Shown: positions 21,931 to 34,999 of the stretch, in pieces
Layout: every line of letters starts with the position of its first letter
How positions within the stretch are numbered: position 1 is the first letter of the stretch
Source: Raillietiella orientalis
Taxonomy: Eukaryota
Assembly: GCA_036172245.1 (NCBI GenBank)
Contig: JAYWIR010000022.1
Location: forward strand, 62,001 to 126,000
Reading direction: 5' to 3'
Length of the DNA: 64,000 bases
The notes under the pieces: model-generated
Database searches by the model: none
The model's input: the letters and a program-made list of their open reading frames with translations, nothing else
Told to the model about the DNA's origin: nothing
Position numbers and translations under genes: made by a program

Positions 21931-22890
21931 CAAAGTGAAAATAGCCAATTACACGTTTTTTCAGATTGTAAATAAAAAAAACTCTATTTGAAGCAATACA
22001 AATTTATCCATAGCCACAGAATATGTAAATATGTTTTCATATTATTTTTAATGGGATTTCTATTTAATTGTTTTAATGTTCACTGGTGAGTGGTTTGTTA
22101 TCAATTTGTAGATGGAAGAAAAAGATTATGTAATAGTAATTGAAAATACACAAGTGAAAATACACATACTCATTTCTTCTCATCAGTTTGTAACACTTCC
22201 AGTATCCCACATGTGAATTTTTCTTTGTTCTAGCTTACACATCTTTTTTCATAAATACTGTAGATCCTTTCAAATTCATGACTGATGCAATGTTTCAATT
22301 TCCAACATGTGATCTACAGAGAAAGTTTCTAAGCATACCTCCTAAACCCACTCTTTACCAATGATGCTCCTCATTCTGCTATCACAGATATTTAGCTATC
22401 TTTTAAAAACATTTCATTTTCATTTTTTTCCAAATTTCCAGATTGCAATCTCATTGAACATTCTGACAGATTCATATCAAGTCTAGTCTTGCCCATATTA
22501 TTGGTGATCAGTTCTTAATACATAAACCTCTAACTTTGAGGAGAATTACATTGACAATGCTTGTGAAACAGTAATAATTGGGATTTTGGACTTTTTTTCT
22601 CCTTATTTTATCTGTTTTTGTTCTTCAACAAACCGGTTGTAATATTCCAACTGTAATTGTACATTTCTTATTTACCAGTGCATACTATTGCATAATGCTT
22701 TTTCTTCCATCTACAAATTGATAACAAACCACTCACCAGTGAACATTAAAACAATTAAATCGAAATCCCATTAAAAATAATATGAAAACATATTTACATA
22801 TTCTGTGGCTATGGATAAATTTGTATTGCTTCAAATAGAGTTTATTTATTTATAACCTGAAAAAACTTGTAATTGACTATTTTCACTTTG
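21931..22890. repeat. Long inverted repeat: ~208-bp arms (21931-22138 and 22683-22890) around a ~545-bp spacer
   Basis: The arms are reverse complements with few substitutions or indels, e.g. CACTGGTGAGTGGTTTGTTATCAATTTGTAGATGGAAGAAAAAG versus its reverse complement at ~22698-22741. Confidence 0.9.
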
Positions 22891-23793
22891 AGCATATCCA
22901 GCTAAACAAACACACAAATTTAAAATCATAATAGGCTGAGAAGTTCAACATACAGAATCTCTTGGTCCAGAATCATTATACTAAACAGCAAAACAGGAAA
23001 CTTTTTTAAGTGAATACTATAGCCCCAAGGGAGGCAAAAATCATGAACCAAAACGTGCCATTCTATTCACATATTTCATCCTTTCAAGTATTTACAGCCG
23101 AAAACAATTTCATTTATTCATTTCTGCTGATTTCTGGTTTAATGAACTGAATGCAACAAGATGGTCACCATCATATTTGCCATATAAGAATGCCCTACCA
23201 CTTTGCCAATTCTTGCTTGAGACTCGAAAACATGCCTCTTGGGTATTCACCTGACTTGTATGGTTCACCGAAATTGGTTGAAAACTTTGAACCGTTTACA
23301 TTGGAAAACGAAACTGAGGTTAAGATATTTCTTGAATACTGTTTATACAATACTCACTTACAATGCAAATGGTGAATTACTGTGCTTAATAAATGTATTG
23401 TGATATCAGTTCTGAATACCCATGCAAAAGTACTTCATTCCGTAATAACTGCCGCGTGATAATGATTTCATTTTGTTTTAGTCATCGAATGTATGTCGGG
23501 CACACTTTGTTTACTCTGATTACTGCCCATCTGGTGCGACAGAATCCTTTTGGTGATTTGGAAAGTTCGTGGCTTTTGTGGAGGATCTTAAATGTACTTA
23601 CTATTTTTCGTGGGCAAAAGCTCCGCTTTCCTGCATTTACGTGTACCGCACAGCTTACTGACGCACCACTTGACTTGAAAGAAATTAAGCTCCTATTTCG
23701 TAGTTCCAGATGAAACTTGGGTGGGATCACTGCACTTGCGGAAAGCACGGATATTCCAACAATGACCGTGCTACCAGAAGCGATTTTCGTTTT

Positions 23794-23798
<5 letters not shown>

Positions 23799-23826
<28 letters not shown>
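23799..23826. repeat. (CT)14 microsatellite
   Basis: Direct reading. Confidence 0.95.
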
Positions 23827-23827
<1 letters not shown>

Positions 23828-24769
23828 AATAAGACTGGCTGAGGAACTACCCACACTCTATGTACAGCCAGAATACTGTGACTCTAATCTCTTCGAAATT
23901 TATTTATTTTTTTTTCTGTTTGCAAGTGCCACCATGATGGATGCTGTTTTTTCTTTTTTTTGAAAATGAAGTACTTGAAATTACACACGCTAGAATGGCT
24001 TGAATATAAGGTAAGTAGGGTTCATCACGTTTACTCAACGCTCACTCAAAACAGGCAATTTTCATGATGAGCCACTGCATGCTGCTTGTACGAATACAGG
24101 GCGGGAAAACAAAGAGGGAAAAAAAAAACAAATTCTAATTAACCCACAACACACACACTTCAAAGTCACGCAGCTTGTGACTACCCTACATGTGCACTTT
24201 CACGCTGGAGGTACGCGGCCCAGCAGCGGCAGAACACGCACGACACTTCGAATGGTGCTGCGATTATCAATGGTCTGTCTGCCATTACGGAAACGCTGCA
24301 GTTCTTTGGAAACTGATAGCTCCGTAGCAAACTGCGTGGAATCAAATTCGAGACCAAGATGGGTGATGCGAAATTCAGTAACCCATGGAGTTGAATCCCA
24401 CACGGGACGTAATTCGTGATTATGGTTGCCACCGTTTCGCAGTGGAAATCATTCATTGCCATCGGTGAGCCTTGTTGAACCTTTGCAGATGGAAACGCTT
24501 CACATCAAGCTGGTAACTTTGAATCAGAGACAGATGTCACCATAGCGTGCTGCACCTATGAGTTACAGCTCAGTATCTCCATGTTTGACCTATTTCATGT
24601 TATCAGTTGATACATCGAATCGATGTGTTCTCGTCGAATCCCATGAAATCCAGCATAGTCACTACGAGTCGTGCGGTTGAAATGCTCGTTTTTCCCAGAG
24701 TGATTTTAGTAATCATCGAAAAGTATTTTTTGAACATTTCTGTTTCAGAATGTTTTAGATGAGAATATT

Positions 24770-27640
24770 TTCTCAACCGTCCGGAGAATACACGTAGCTG
24801 TTTTGAAACTTAAACATGGAAATCAAGCACACAGCCTTCGAAAGTTGAATGCAATGCATAAGACCCTAGTCAAATCTTTTGAAGATGGGCCATGATAGAA
24901 CAGGGTGAAAAATTTGGAGTGGATTATGAGTTATTGGAGGCATCCAATAACTTGGAAGGTAATTTCGTTCTCGACTTTCTCAAACTAAACGAAGATGTCC
25001 AACAAGGTAATCAAATGTAAACAATTCATTCCATTCAACCCATTCATGGAACCAGTAAAGTGAGGATAAAACCTTCAAGTCCTCTTGGAATCTCAGTAAT
25101 AATTCTTGAACCTTATTAGGTTTAGGAAGGCAACAGTTCCGTGTCTCATGCTGCAGCAGCCGCATCCATTAATGCATTACTTGACATCTGGATTGCGCTT
25201 AAGCAGGAAAAAATAAACTAGAGAATTACAAAAGAAGATTTCTGGATTAACATCCTGATTCTAAAAATAAACAATGTTGGTGACAGAAGATGGAATCTTC
25301 GTGAATTACATGTTACCAAGGATCAATTAAATGCCCATGAAATGACAGGAAGTCGCGTAATTTCTATTACTTGGTGCAGACTTTGGAGTCTCGACTATAA
25401 GCGTAGATGGAATGAATACTCCAGATTGAAACACAAGTGAAGGATAAATAGATTATAGATATTAAAAATTGGAGGCTATAGAACTCTCTTCCTTTCTAAA
25501 TGGCCATCAAACAAGCAGATCTAAAAAGAGAATACAGGGAACTAGAAATAAGGAAAGTCATCTGTCATGCACTCATTTTCTCTGGGCACTCTGCCTTACT
25601 GTGATCATCAGTCGGGCACTTAATCAAACTCACAGAGACTGTGATTACTCCATATGTGCTACACGCCCAGTATTATATGTATGCACGTTACATTTGGAAA
25701 TGATCCCAAAAGCAAAGGTTCTCAAGGAGGTACTCGCGTGAAAAACTGTTGATGCTTGAATGTCACAACTTGTTCTTCAAGAAAGTCAGCTCCTTCTCGG
25801 TAAAACTGAGATCTCAGATGAAATGCTGGTACAAGGAATGGATTAATGGATCAATGCATAGAATAATAGATTCAAAATAATAGTAGGAAAGGACATATTC
25901 ATCTTGGATATTCATAAAAATAATATTCGAATCACTGATCATTGCATTTGACTTCACAACACAAACTGTGAGTTCTCAGTAATTCGCGGCTGGTCTTTGT
26001 CATTTGCTAGAATGCCTGTAGATGTTCATGAGGACTTGTCGATATTGATGATAAGTAGGAGTCAGTAGTGGAATGGTGGCTCGAAATTTCAAGGTTTTAT
26101 TCGTGTGATGGATGGGGATAGCAAAGCTGGTAGTACGTCAAAGAAGATACAAGTAAAGAGGAATAGGAATAATAATAATGTTTGAACGAGGAAGTATTTT
26201 ATTGTGTAGTGGGTAAAGAAAAAGAAGGAACGTATGGAAATCGGTTTGCTTTCTACTCTAAATGAGAGAATTAATCAGTAAGCCTTAAGGACTGTGATTA
26301 ATGTACTCAGAAAGAGGGTTGGAAAAGCAAAGGAATAAGGGATCAAGAGACGAGCTATGAATAGGGTATGGACCCATCACCTTAAATTAGTTAATCTTTG
26401 ATGGTACTAATGGTAGTAAAGATATCTTTATCAATAACTGTATAAATCAAGTCCTTATATTTTATATTAAAAAATGTTTAAATATTTAAACTCTTCGAAG
26501 TAATTATAATCTAATATGCAGGAATTGCGATCATTACGGCCTTGAAACCTGGGAATTCAAGGTGCGTACACAGAAGTCACGAGTTTTGAAGTTGCGTTTC
26601 ACAATTATAAAAAAATCCTTAGGCTCCTCAACTGCAACATTTTTAATAAGCCACAAGTTTCCGATCTTCTGATTTCCAGTATTCCATTCGTTTGGTGAAT
26701 TACTTCCTTAAAGGTTCAATGACTTTCTTGATGATTTATTACTCAATGGCGTTACCTTCCTCTGTACACACATTAAAAGCTGTTTTTTTTGCATTTGACA
26801 AAGCATGTTCTTGCAAATGACTTCCTTCTTGTTCCATCTCCAGATATCTCCATGTGGAACATTAGTTTGTAAGCCATTTGCCAAGAACAAAAACACCATT
26901 GATTTTTGCGATCTACGTCTGATTATATGTTAAGGTGCATCACTTCTAATAATATAGGCTCCGTTAAGTAGAATAGCAGATTGGAATTTTTTTCCGAATG
27001 ATTCACTTGCATTCTTTCCAGCTTGTAAGTGGACTGGAAACGGAACATTGTAGCAACCACTTCTCCACCGTGCGAATATTGAACCCTTGTGGAAAAAAGA
27101 AAATCAAAGTCCCGTTTACAGCAGATGACGAAGAAATTACAAAGAAAAGTGACTGTTGGAGTTACCAGACTAGTATATGACTCAAAATAGCTCTTTCAAA
27201 CAGATTTGCGATGCTGCAGCAATTTAATCAGCAATCGCAGAGGTTCGTTCCCTGTGTTGAATATGAAATAAGTTAGTCCCCAGCAATTTTTCGATACAGG
27301 CTTTTTTCCTCAACGAAACTGCTAAACTTACTTTAAAACGTAGAATTCAGTAATTGTATCCGATACTTTTGATGCAAACATTTCATTGACATCCCAAGAA
27401 ATGAGAAACCAGAGTTTGTAGAGGGCCATGGACCCTTTTCATACCAGACAACGACACTTAAGAGGAAATTGGGCTCCTCGCTGAAGGCAGGATCAAAATT
27501 TTATTGTGAGATGCAGTATTTCTCCGGCTCTTGAAGAACCATTTGCAGAATGTGAATATGCAACAGTTCTGGATATTATAGCCGGAGTTTCATCCGGAGA
27601 TCTCTTTAGGTGCATAATATGCATATCATGACTTCTCAGG
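24770..27640 (-). pseudogene. Probable decayed multi-exon Mab-21/cGAS-like (cGLR) nucleotidyltransferase pseudogene
   Basis: Exon-like blocks carry motifs in family order: KGSMALYKLWFLISWDVNEMF (~27375-27440; cf. hGS-x9-13-DhD); QWCFCSWQMAYKLM (~26860-26900; cf. WRLSFSxxExxL); LKVLSSLYWFHEWVEW...YLVGHLRLV*ESRERNYLPSYWMPPITHNPL (~24915-25080; cf. LKTxxxWxxE..W..LPxYFxPxxNL). In-frame stops present. Confidence 0.4.
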
Positions 27641-28840
27641 GAAAATGGAAACGCAGTAAGGTATTAGAAAGATGGAAAAAAAAAATCGGAACAGATTGTC
27701 TTGATCCACCTTTTTAAATGAGAATCATAACGCTAGTCTTCCAGTACTTTCCACCATGCTTTCAAAAACTACTTTATGTAATGAAATCACATCTGATGTA
27801 CTAATATGAATCCCACTTTAAAATCGGATAGAAGTTGGTTTCCTCAGGAATAATTAAATACTTATTCTGATGAGCCATGAATGCACGTGACAAAAATGAA
27901 TCCGTTTTTGGGTTGTTGTCCTATCCTGATCATATGCATGTATTCTGATGAAGAAGTTATTCATTCTTGTTTTCTTTTTCTTTCACCGCGCATTTTGTAC
28001 TGACTACCACAAATCACTACAAATGAAATTCGGTGACAATTCGTGTGAATCCTGAAAGACGTAAAAAAATTCTTAGTCTTCAAATGTTTCCAGTGTCAAA
28101 TCGTATCACATATGCAGAAAATCATCATAAATTATTCCTGCACAAATGGACACGCTATCGACAAGTTCTTAGCAAAGAAAATTCTCCTCACCGGGTGTTC
28201 ATGATGCAGAATGAAAAAATGAAACAAAATAGGGCACATACTCGTTGACTGCTTTTTATGGGATAACAAGAAGCATAAACTAAAAGACCATGTGAAAGAA
28301 ACCAATGTGTGATAATTTTTTTTCTTCTTTCTCCAGTAAAGGAGGTTTTTCCTCATTTTAAAAAACATAAAAAACACAAAACATCGGCTCATTTTGGTGG
28401 CTTAAATATTCGAAATATGTCAAGGTTTATGCTATTCGAATCTGTATTTTAGAGACTGCGCAAGGACTAAGCAAAATGAGCTGATTGAGATATGTATTTT
28501 GTGCAGTTCTTATATTCCTCTCACTAAATCTTATAAGTACAATGAACACATTTCCAGGAATCAGTGATCGCTGAACACACATGAGCAGTTATTCTCGTTG
28601 ATCAATCAACTCCATTTATGGCAAGAGATGAACATGATAGCTTTCAATGTAGCTTTCCTTTACGTTTCCTATCCTTTTGAAAGATGCCCCTTCTATAAGC
28701 GTGTTAAGGGATTGAAAAGTAAGGGAACCCGGGGTGGAAACCATATTCTGAGCCACGCAAGGGCAGGTGATGTGATAAGCCTGAATTTCCAGCGGTTTTT
28801 GTCCGACTGTCCAGTGGGCCGAGCTGTTCGCGCTGAGAAG

Positions 28841-28927
28841 ATGAATATCAATGACGGTTTGATTCCAACGCGATTTCTCCTTCTCATTGCCCACGTAACT
28901 GTTCTCGTCACGGCACTGTGGGGACTG
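28841..28927 (+). CDS. TMEM107: Transmembrane protein 107 (ciliary transition zone), exon 1
   Basis: MNINDGLIPTRFLLLIAHVTVLVTALWGL resembles human MGRVSGLVPSRFLTLLAHLVVVITLFWSR; donor GTAAGA at 28928. Confidence 0.92.
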
Positions 28928-29541
28928 GTAAGAGTCACTGTGCTAGTTCAAACATAAATAAATGAAATATTCACCCAAATTATGTCGGTTTCGGTTTCGT
29001 GGATTCGCCTTTTTCCCCTTCCACAATGTTGGTCAGCAACCACATGGCTTCGGTCAGGTACGCGTTTACCTTTCAGAATTGCGCGCTTGTGCTGTGGCAT
29101 CATTAGCAGTCCAAAACTGTTATGAAATTGTGGAGTATGATTTATTTACTTCACAGCATGGATTATGTGCTGGCTAGTGTTCCCTATGAGCAGTCAGTTC
29201 CGTCTCCAAATAAGCGTATTTTGTATTTCGCGGTCCGTGTGTCGGTTTCAAGTTGTCCTTTACGACACTTTCCGTAGCAGCACGTGTGTGGACTGTAAAG
29301 CACACCAACAGTTTAGGTTTTCCATTTTTAACGTAAAGCTAATTTTTGATCGTAGTAATGGGATGCAGTTTGCGTAATTACCGGTAGAAAAGTTCATCTT
29401 TTTCCCCCAGCGTTTGTGTTTGTTGGGTGCTTTCGTTGTAAACCGCCGGTTAGAATGAACAGTTTTGTTTCATACCTGCCCATGTTGTATTAATTCCACC
29501 CTTTTTCTTCCCTCCCTTTCTCCTTTGCGGAATATCTATAG

Positions 29542-29609
29542 GAAGAAAATGTTGTGTCATCCATTCCATTTGTGTATTCTTCGGAGGATTACAAAGCAAA
29601 AGAAACTGA
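29542..29609 (+). CDS. TMEM107: TMEM107 exon 2
   Basis: TAG|EENVVSSIPFVYSSEDYKAKETE|GTAAGA; 68 nt, phase-compatible with both neighbours. Confidence 0.88.
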
Positions 29610-29707
29610 GTAAGAAGTTTAGTCTGTTTAGTTTTTGCATGTGGAAAATTCACTGAACAGTGGGATCCCATGGATTTCTCAGTGGATTAAAATTTAATTC
29701 TTTACAG

Positions 29708-29808
29708 ATTACTAGTTATTCTGAGTATAAGCATCGGTTTTGTCGTATTGGAACTATTTGGATTCTTATCAGGAATAACCATGTTCAGTCCTCTAGTCTG
29801 CTTAACAT
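29708..29808 (+). CDS. TMEM107: TMEM107 exon 3
   Basis: TTTACAG|LLVILSISIGFVVLELFGFLSGITMFSPLVCLT (cf. ELAGFLSGVSMF); 101 nt; ends at the U12-type donor GTATCCTTT. Confidence 0.92.
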
Positions 29809-29863
29809 GTATCCTTTTAATGCTGATTTTGTTAATAAAAACATCCATAATTCCATTGTGTAG
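29809..29863 (+). other. U12-type (minor spliceosome) GT-AG intron, 55 nt
   Basis: 5' splice site GTATCCTTTT; branch-like ATCCATAAT at 29843-29851; no polypyrimidine tract; TAG acceptor. Removal keeps TMEM107 in frame. Confidence 0.85.
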
Positions 29864-30027
29864 CCATCTTATGTCATGCTGGAGCAAATATTGCAATGAG
29901 CTATTACATTTTTGATTCCTGGGATTCTTTTGGGATTTGGTTGGTATTTGGTCTGTGTAGTGTTCCACCTGCCATACTTGAGCTTTCATCAGTCTTTATA
30001 GCTGTGTTTCTTAGAAGGTGCTTTTGA
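29864..30027 (+). CDS. TMEM107: TMEM107 exon 4 (to stop); joined CDS 420 nt, 139 aa
   Basis: SILCHAGANIAMSYYIFDSWDSFGIWLVFGLCSVPPAILE...RRCF* resembles human SIGAHCSASVALSFFIFERWECTTYWYIFVFCSALPAVTE. Confidence 0.92.
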
Positions 30028-33000
30028 ACCTACTTCTCCACTTGGATTACAGTATGCTAGGAGTAAGTAATTCAGGAGAGATTTTTCATAGCACACTTTT
30101 AAGGTGCACCCAAAAGTTTCTTTATGCTTCTCACATAAGTGTATGCAAAATATTTGAAGACACTGACTTTGCTCATGTTAAGCTCAGTACACTAGTCTTA
30201 TTTAGAAGCTCACTACTCCTAAACTATTAGTTCTCCTATGCATCAACCATTATTTGAAACTGCAATGCTCTTAAAAAATAAATTGCTTTAATGTTTTACA
30301 GAGACCAACAGAAATGTACTGAATGAGCACTTCATTCCTATGCAAGTACAATGTATAATGATGGACACTCTTCAATCTTCATGTATTCTGTGGTGTGTTG
30401 CAGCATATGTTTTATTTTACCCTACTTTTTTCATTACATCATCCACTAATTTTTGTCTCTGTGCTAATTCTGCAGATTTATAAATGGAATACAACAGTTT
30501 GTACATACAAAGGTGTCATGTGTTGTAGACAAAAATATTGAATGACAGTGAGTATTGAATGCTGTTTAACAACTGTAAGCATGCAAGACCACAAGTTTGT
30601 TAGGTTCCTGTGTCTGAAATCTTATGATTTTCAAAATAGGAAGAAAAACAATGCTGACAAAAAGTTGCCAGATAAATATTTGCTCAGTTATCAAAAATTT
30701 CCGCCTTTTTTTTTTTTTTTTTCATTTGCAAGTATGATTAACATGTGGTGAAAAAAATTGTATAAAGCTTTGCTTCATAGCATTTTTATCTTGTTTCTGC
30801 ATTTTTCAACAAGTTGCTCAAACAAAGTGAGGTTGGTGATTGTAGCAGAGGAACAAGTTTCTGACAAAACTGGTTGTTGTGGTTTTGTTGTTTTGGATAG
30901 TTTGCCCATCAGTAACACTTGGAATAACTAGCCTTACTAAAGGCATTTATTTACCTCGTGGCGATCATTTGTGTATCAATTCTGTTTGGTGATTACTCAT
31001 TGTTTTCCGATATAGCTGAATTATGTGCCTATTACAAACTTGGTATTTTTTATTTGAGTGCAACACCTGTTTGCATTGGAAGAGAGTTGGTATGCCCAGA
31101 TTTTGATTGTTCATATATCACTGCAAATGGATTAAACGAATGAGGTTGAGAGGTAGTCTGAGATGGATGCAAAGAATGGTGAAAAGAAGCAATTTTCCAA
31201 TTTGGTCTGGGAATGAAGCTCAGCATTTTCTGTTTGCTTTTTTTTTTCTTTCTACAAAACAAGACTGGTGTACTGGAAATCCGGAAAAGTTCTGTGAAAC
31301 ATGCGGCATTTCTTTTTTTGAAACAAAAAAAGAAAAGAAAGAAACGCCGCATGAAATTGAAGAGAAGAGGAAGAAGCAAGTTGGTACAAAGCAGCTTTAT
31401 CAGCCCTTGTCATTGCCCTGATCAGAATCCATAGTCAGCTGGGAAACAAAATGGGCCCATGGCGTAGGTCAGTGGGAAGTCAGCTGGTGGTGGGCCTCTC
31501 ATTTGAGACACCTCGTACGCACGGATGCGTTGCCAGAGCATTTTCTCGACAAAACTCGAGACAAAAGTGCGCCGGGGCACTGCTGCGTTTTCAAAGCTTC
31601 CTTTTCTACGTTTCCTGCAAAGTGCACTTGGAGAAACCAAGCGGGATCTGAACAGTTCTCCGAATCGGACTCCATTACTGTGCATCTACCAGTTTTTGGA
31701 CATCTGACGGGTTTGCTGCTCGGAAATCAGACCCACGTTTGCTGCCTTTCTACCTCTACTGGAGGGACGGATTCGATTCGAGTTCCGCGATTTTCCATGT
31801 GCCTCCCCCGTGTATACTTCCGCCCCCTCCTCTCCCATTCAGTGAGGGAGGTCCGGTCCTCTGGAAATTGACCCCTCGTAGAAGGATCGAGCGTAGTCGG
31901 ACGTGTTGGCATCGTGGTTTTAGAATGTAGACGCCATTTTCTTGCAGGTGCATTTCGGTTTCCAGTGAACGTGGAACTTGGCAAAAATCTGTATACTTCG
32001 TAGGAGAATACCGGCGTGTCGATTGGGGAAGCATATTTTTAGAATATAAATACAAACGTACACAGAAACGTAGCATGCAGAAGAAAGTTCTCTTTGGAGG
32101 GTGAATGAAGAAGAAAAAGCATTTTGTCTATGTAAAACAGTTGGAGCGGAACATGGAATCGCTTGTTCATGATGAGAACTGTTTGTTACAGCTCATTCCC
32201 AAATCATGAAGGAAGGAAGCCATGGATGCCAACAGATGTTATTCATATTTTTAAATTCGCTGTGCCTTGATTCACAGAAGTACTACGTTTTTTTTTTTTT
32301 TTTTTTCCTTCTTGAATCAAGAATTTGAATGCACGTGCATTGCTTTTGTTTCCGTCGTAGGAGTCCACCTGAAGTCTACATCTGCACTTTTTTTTCCAGG
32401 GATTTGCAAATGATTAAGGCGTTTAGCTTAGTGTGATGGATCGTTCCTACGCAGAAGTGCGATTTTTTCGTTAGTACTTCGCTTGAAAGGCCGCTTCATT
32501 AGGAGCACAGTAACTCTGAATGTGGAAGGCCCTTGAGAGAAGTGGTCCTTACAAGCCATTTCGTTAACATAAGTGGAGACTGGAATATAAATTGGAAAAA
32601 AAAAAAAAAAATGGTAAAAACGGTGTACTGGAATGTAGAAGCGCAGCTGAGGTTTCATCTGTTGGCAGAGTTTAAGAAAAGCGTTAAGGTGATGTTTATC
32701 GCTTAAGACTTATAAAAACAAAGAGCGCAGGCAGTTTTTTAGGTGCAGGGTGAGTTGCCTTGAGACGAGCATCGAGATGCGCGCCAAGGTCCTTGAAGTG
32801 TGAGCTTCTTGCACATAAAGATTGGTGCACCAAAGAAAGTGAGCGTGGACGTCGTTTCTCCTATCCGCAATCTTACACTGAGTTTGGGGGACTCTTGCAT
32901 GTTCGGTGTTGCCCGGCATTTCAGTCTCTCCATTTGGCTTAGCAGCAGGACTCTACTCATACACCATTTTTTAAACTGAAATTTCGGGAATGTTTCCCGT

Positions 33001-34985
33001 TCAGAAAAGTCACTGGTTTCAGGCCGTGCTTGCTTAATGGCCTTAAGAGACCTTTTCTGGCTTCTCGGACTCACTCAACCTCGTCGTCACCTTTTTTTTT
33101 TTTTTTCTCTCGGAAAATTGGAATCCTTCGTCATCGGAACCAGATCGACGAGGTAATCACATTTGATCGCTGCATTGGTAAGACGAATCAGAGACGCCAC
33201 TCCTGGTGCTTCGGCTGCTTCGGAACTTTTCCTCCATCTTGCACGTTCTGGCATGGCGCAATAGAGTTCCTGGAACAGAATTTTGAAAACTGCGCTCCAT
33301 TTTTTGTCCCGATGTCTGCAAGCATGCAAAGCATCCTAAAATCTAAATGGACACTGAATCTCTGGTTAAAAATACTGCATTCCCCTCTTGATATAGCATG
33401 CAGAGACCCAAGAGTCTGTCTGCCTGTTTGTTTTTGTCCTTTTCTTAAACAGTTTCACACGTGCCAGGGGAGATGAACGCTCAAGTGTTCTTTATTGACT
33501 CTGATGGTGAATTTATTTTCTTCACAGGTAGATCTCACGAGCGTGAAGGGCATTTGTCTCCACTGGTCAGGAGGATCGACGTGAAATCCCCAGCGCTTGT
33601 CTGCGAGCGGAGCTGTTCACCCGCTGGAAGTAGTTCTTCCTGTTTCTACAGAGATTTCGCTACGACTTCGTAAAAGCCACCACAGGGACGATCGTTCCAC
33701 CTACGGTTGCGAATTCTCGGGCCGGTTGTTTTGCTTCCATATTCGTCACTCTCGGTAGCGTTTCTTCCAGGAACCGACCCTTCCTCCTCTACCACGGCGC
33801 TTCACACAGTCCCTCTCTTTGTGTGCGTGTTTTATGGAGTGGCACTTGCAGATCGATGCCGCAGCTTCCGCTGCAACCGTTATTCCTGCAGAATCAAGGC
33901 GTGGTGCTTCGCTTGCAGATGATGGAGCAATTTTCGCATTTCTCTCAAACAGCAGCAACTTGGAAGAACCCCTTATTTGTGAACCCCTCAACTTGGTCCG
34001 AAATGCGTGCGGACGAACTGTGTCCGGCAGCTATGAAGTGGGCCTGTTACCAGCTGTTGTCGGCAGGAAGCAAAGGCTTCAGCAAGTGGAGCACATGAGT
34101 AGACGATGTGGCCGAAGACATACGAGAGAAAGGCCGCCGGCACACGCGGTCAGACAAGCAGGGAGACTGGACCAGTGGACGAGGTCGCCGCACTGCGTTC
34201 TAACGAGGAGTGTGCCAGCGGTGCGGGTCAGGCGGAAGAATCCAAGGAGTAGTCACACCTTCCACGCGTGGGAAGCGGTGGAGCCCCCTTTCGAAGGCGA
34301 GAGACAACACGGAGAGAATCCCGCGCGAAAATCTTCGGGCGCATGCATCTCCGGAACCCGCTCAGAGGGCCGAAGCCCTTCCGACGCAGCGCCACCTTTC
34401 CGGCGCTTTTGAGTACTCCTGCCCCCCGTGAAAGGAGGCGAGCACCCTCTCCGCGACTCGCGTCGCTGCGGGAGCGTGGAGGAGGAGGGAACTCGAGCTA
34501 CCGCGCGGTGCTCCATTCGTCGCCCACTGCGCTCCGCTCGGTGCCAGCGAAGCGGTAGGGAATCGATTAAACAGCTCCCGCGCCGCGAGCAAACAAACAA
34601 GGACCGCTAATCGGGGACCTCTTCTTCCGAGCCGCATCCGCTTCCTCCGCTCTGGCCGTGCTCTCCCCCGGACGGGAATTCCCCGTCCTCTCGCCTGCAA
34701 CGCCAAGGACTGCAGCCGGGATCGCTCGCGTTTCTGCGATTCTCGGGAAACGCAGATACCTCGAAGCTGAACGCCTCCTCTCTGAATCATTCATGACGCA
34801 GATTTCCTCAGGTCCCTTCCCGGAGGCTTCCCGAAGCTTCCAGCAGCGCACGGACGACGGTGAAATGATCTGGTGATCACATTCGACAGCTACAGGAAAT
34901 CAGCCTCTAATCTGACGAATGAAATCCTTTGCTCGTTTGATGAAAGAAGATTAGAAATGGTCCGAGAAATTCTGCGACTCGCAGG

Positions 34986-34999
34986 GTTGCCATGGCAAC
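34986..34999. promoter_or_regulatory. RFX X-box, perfect palindrome GTTGCCATGGCAAC
   Basis: Exact match to the optimal RFX consensus; function not shown. Confidence 0.6.

Noticed and set aside
27010..27088. GFNIRTVE on the - strand, resembling ARF/ARL GTPase switch I
   Set aside because: No following WDxGGQ motif or P-loop exon; judged coincidental.
30028..31400. U8 snoRNA (SNORD118), which lies in the human TMEM107 3' region
   Set aside because: No U8-like 5' sequence or convincing C/D box arrangement seen by eye. A covariance search would be needed to exclude it fully.
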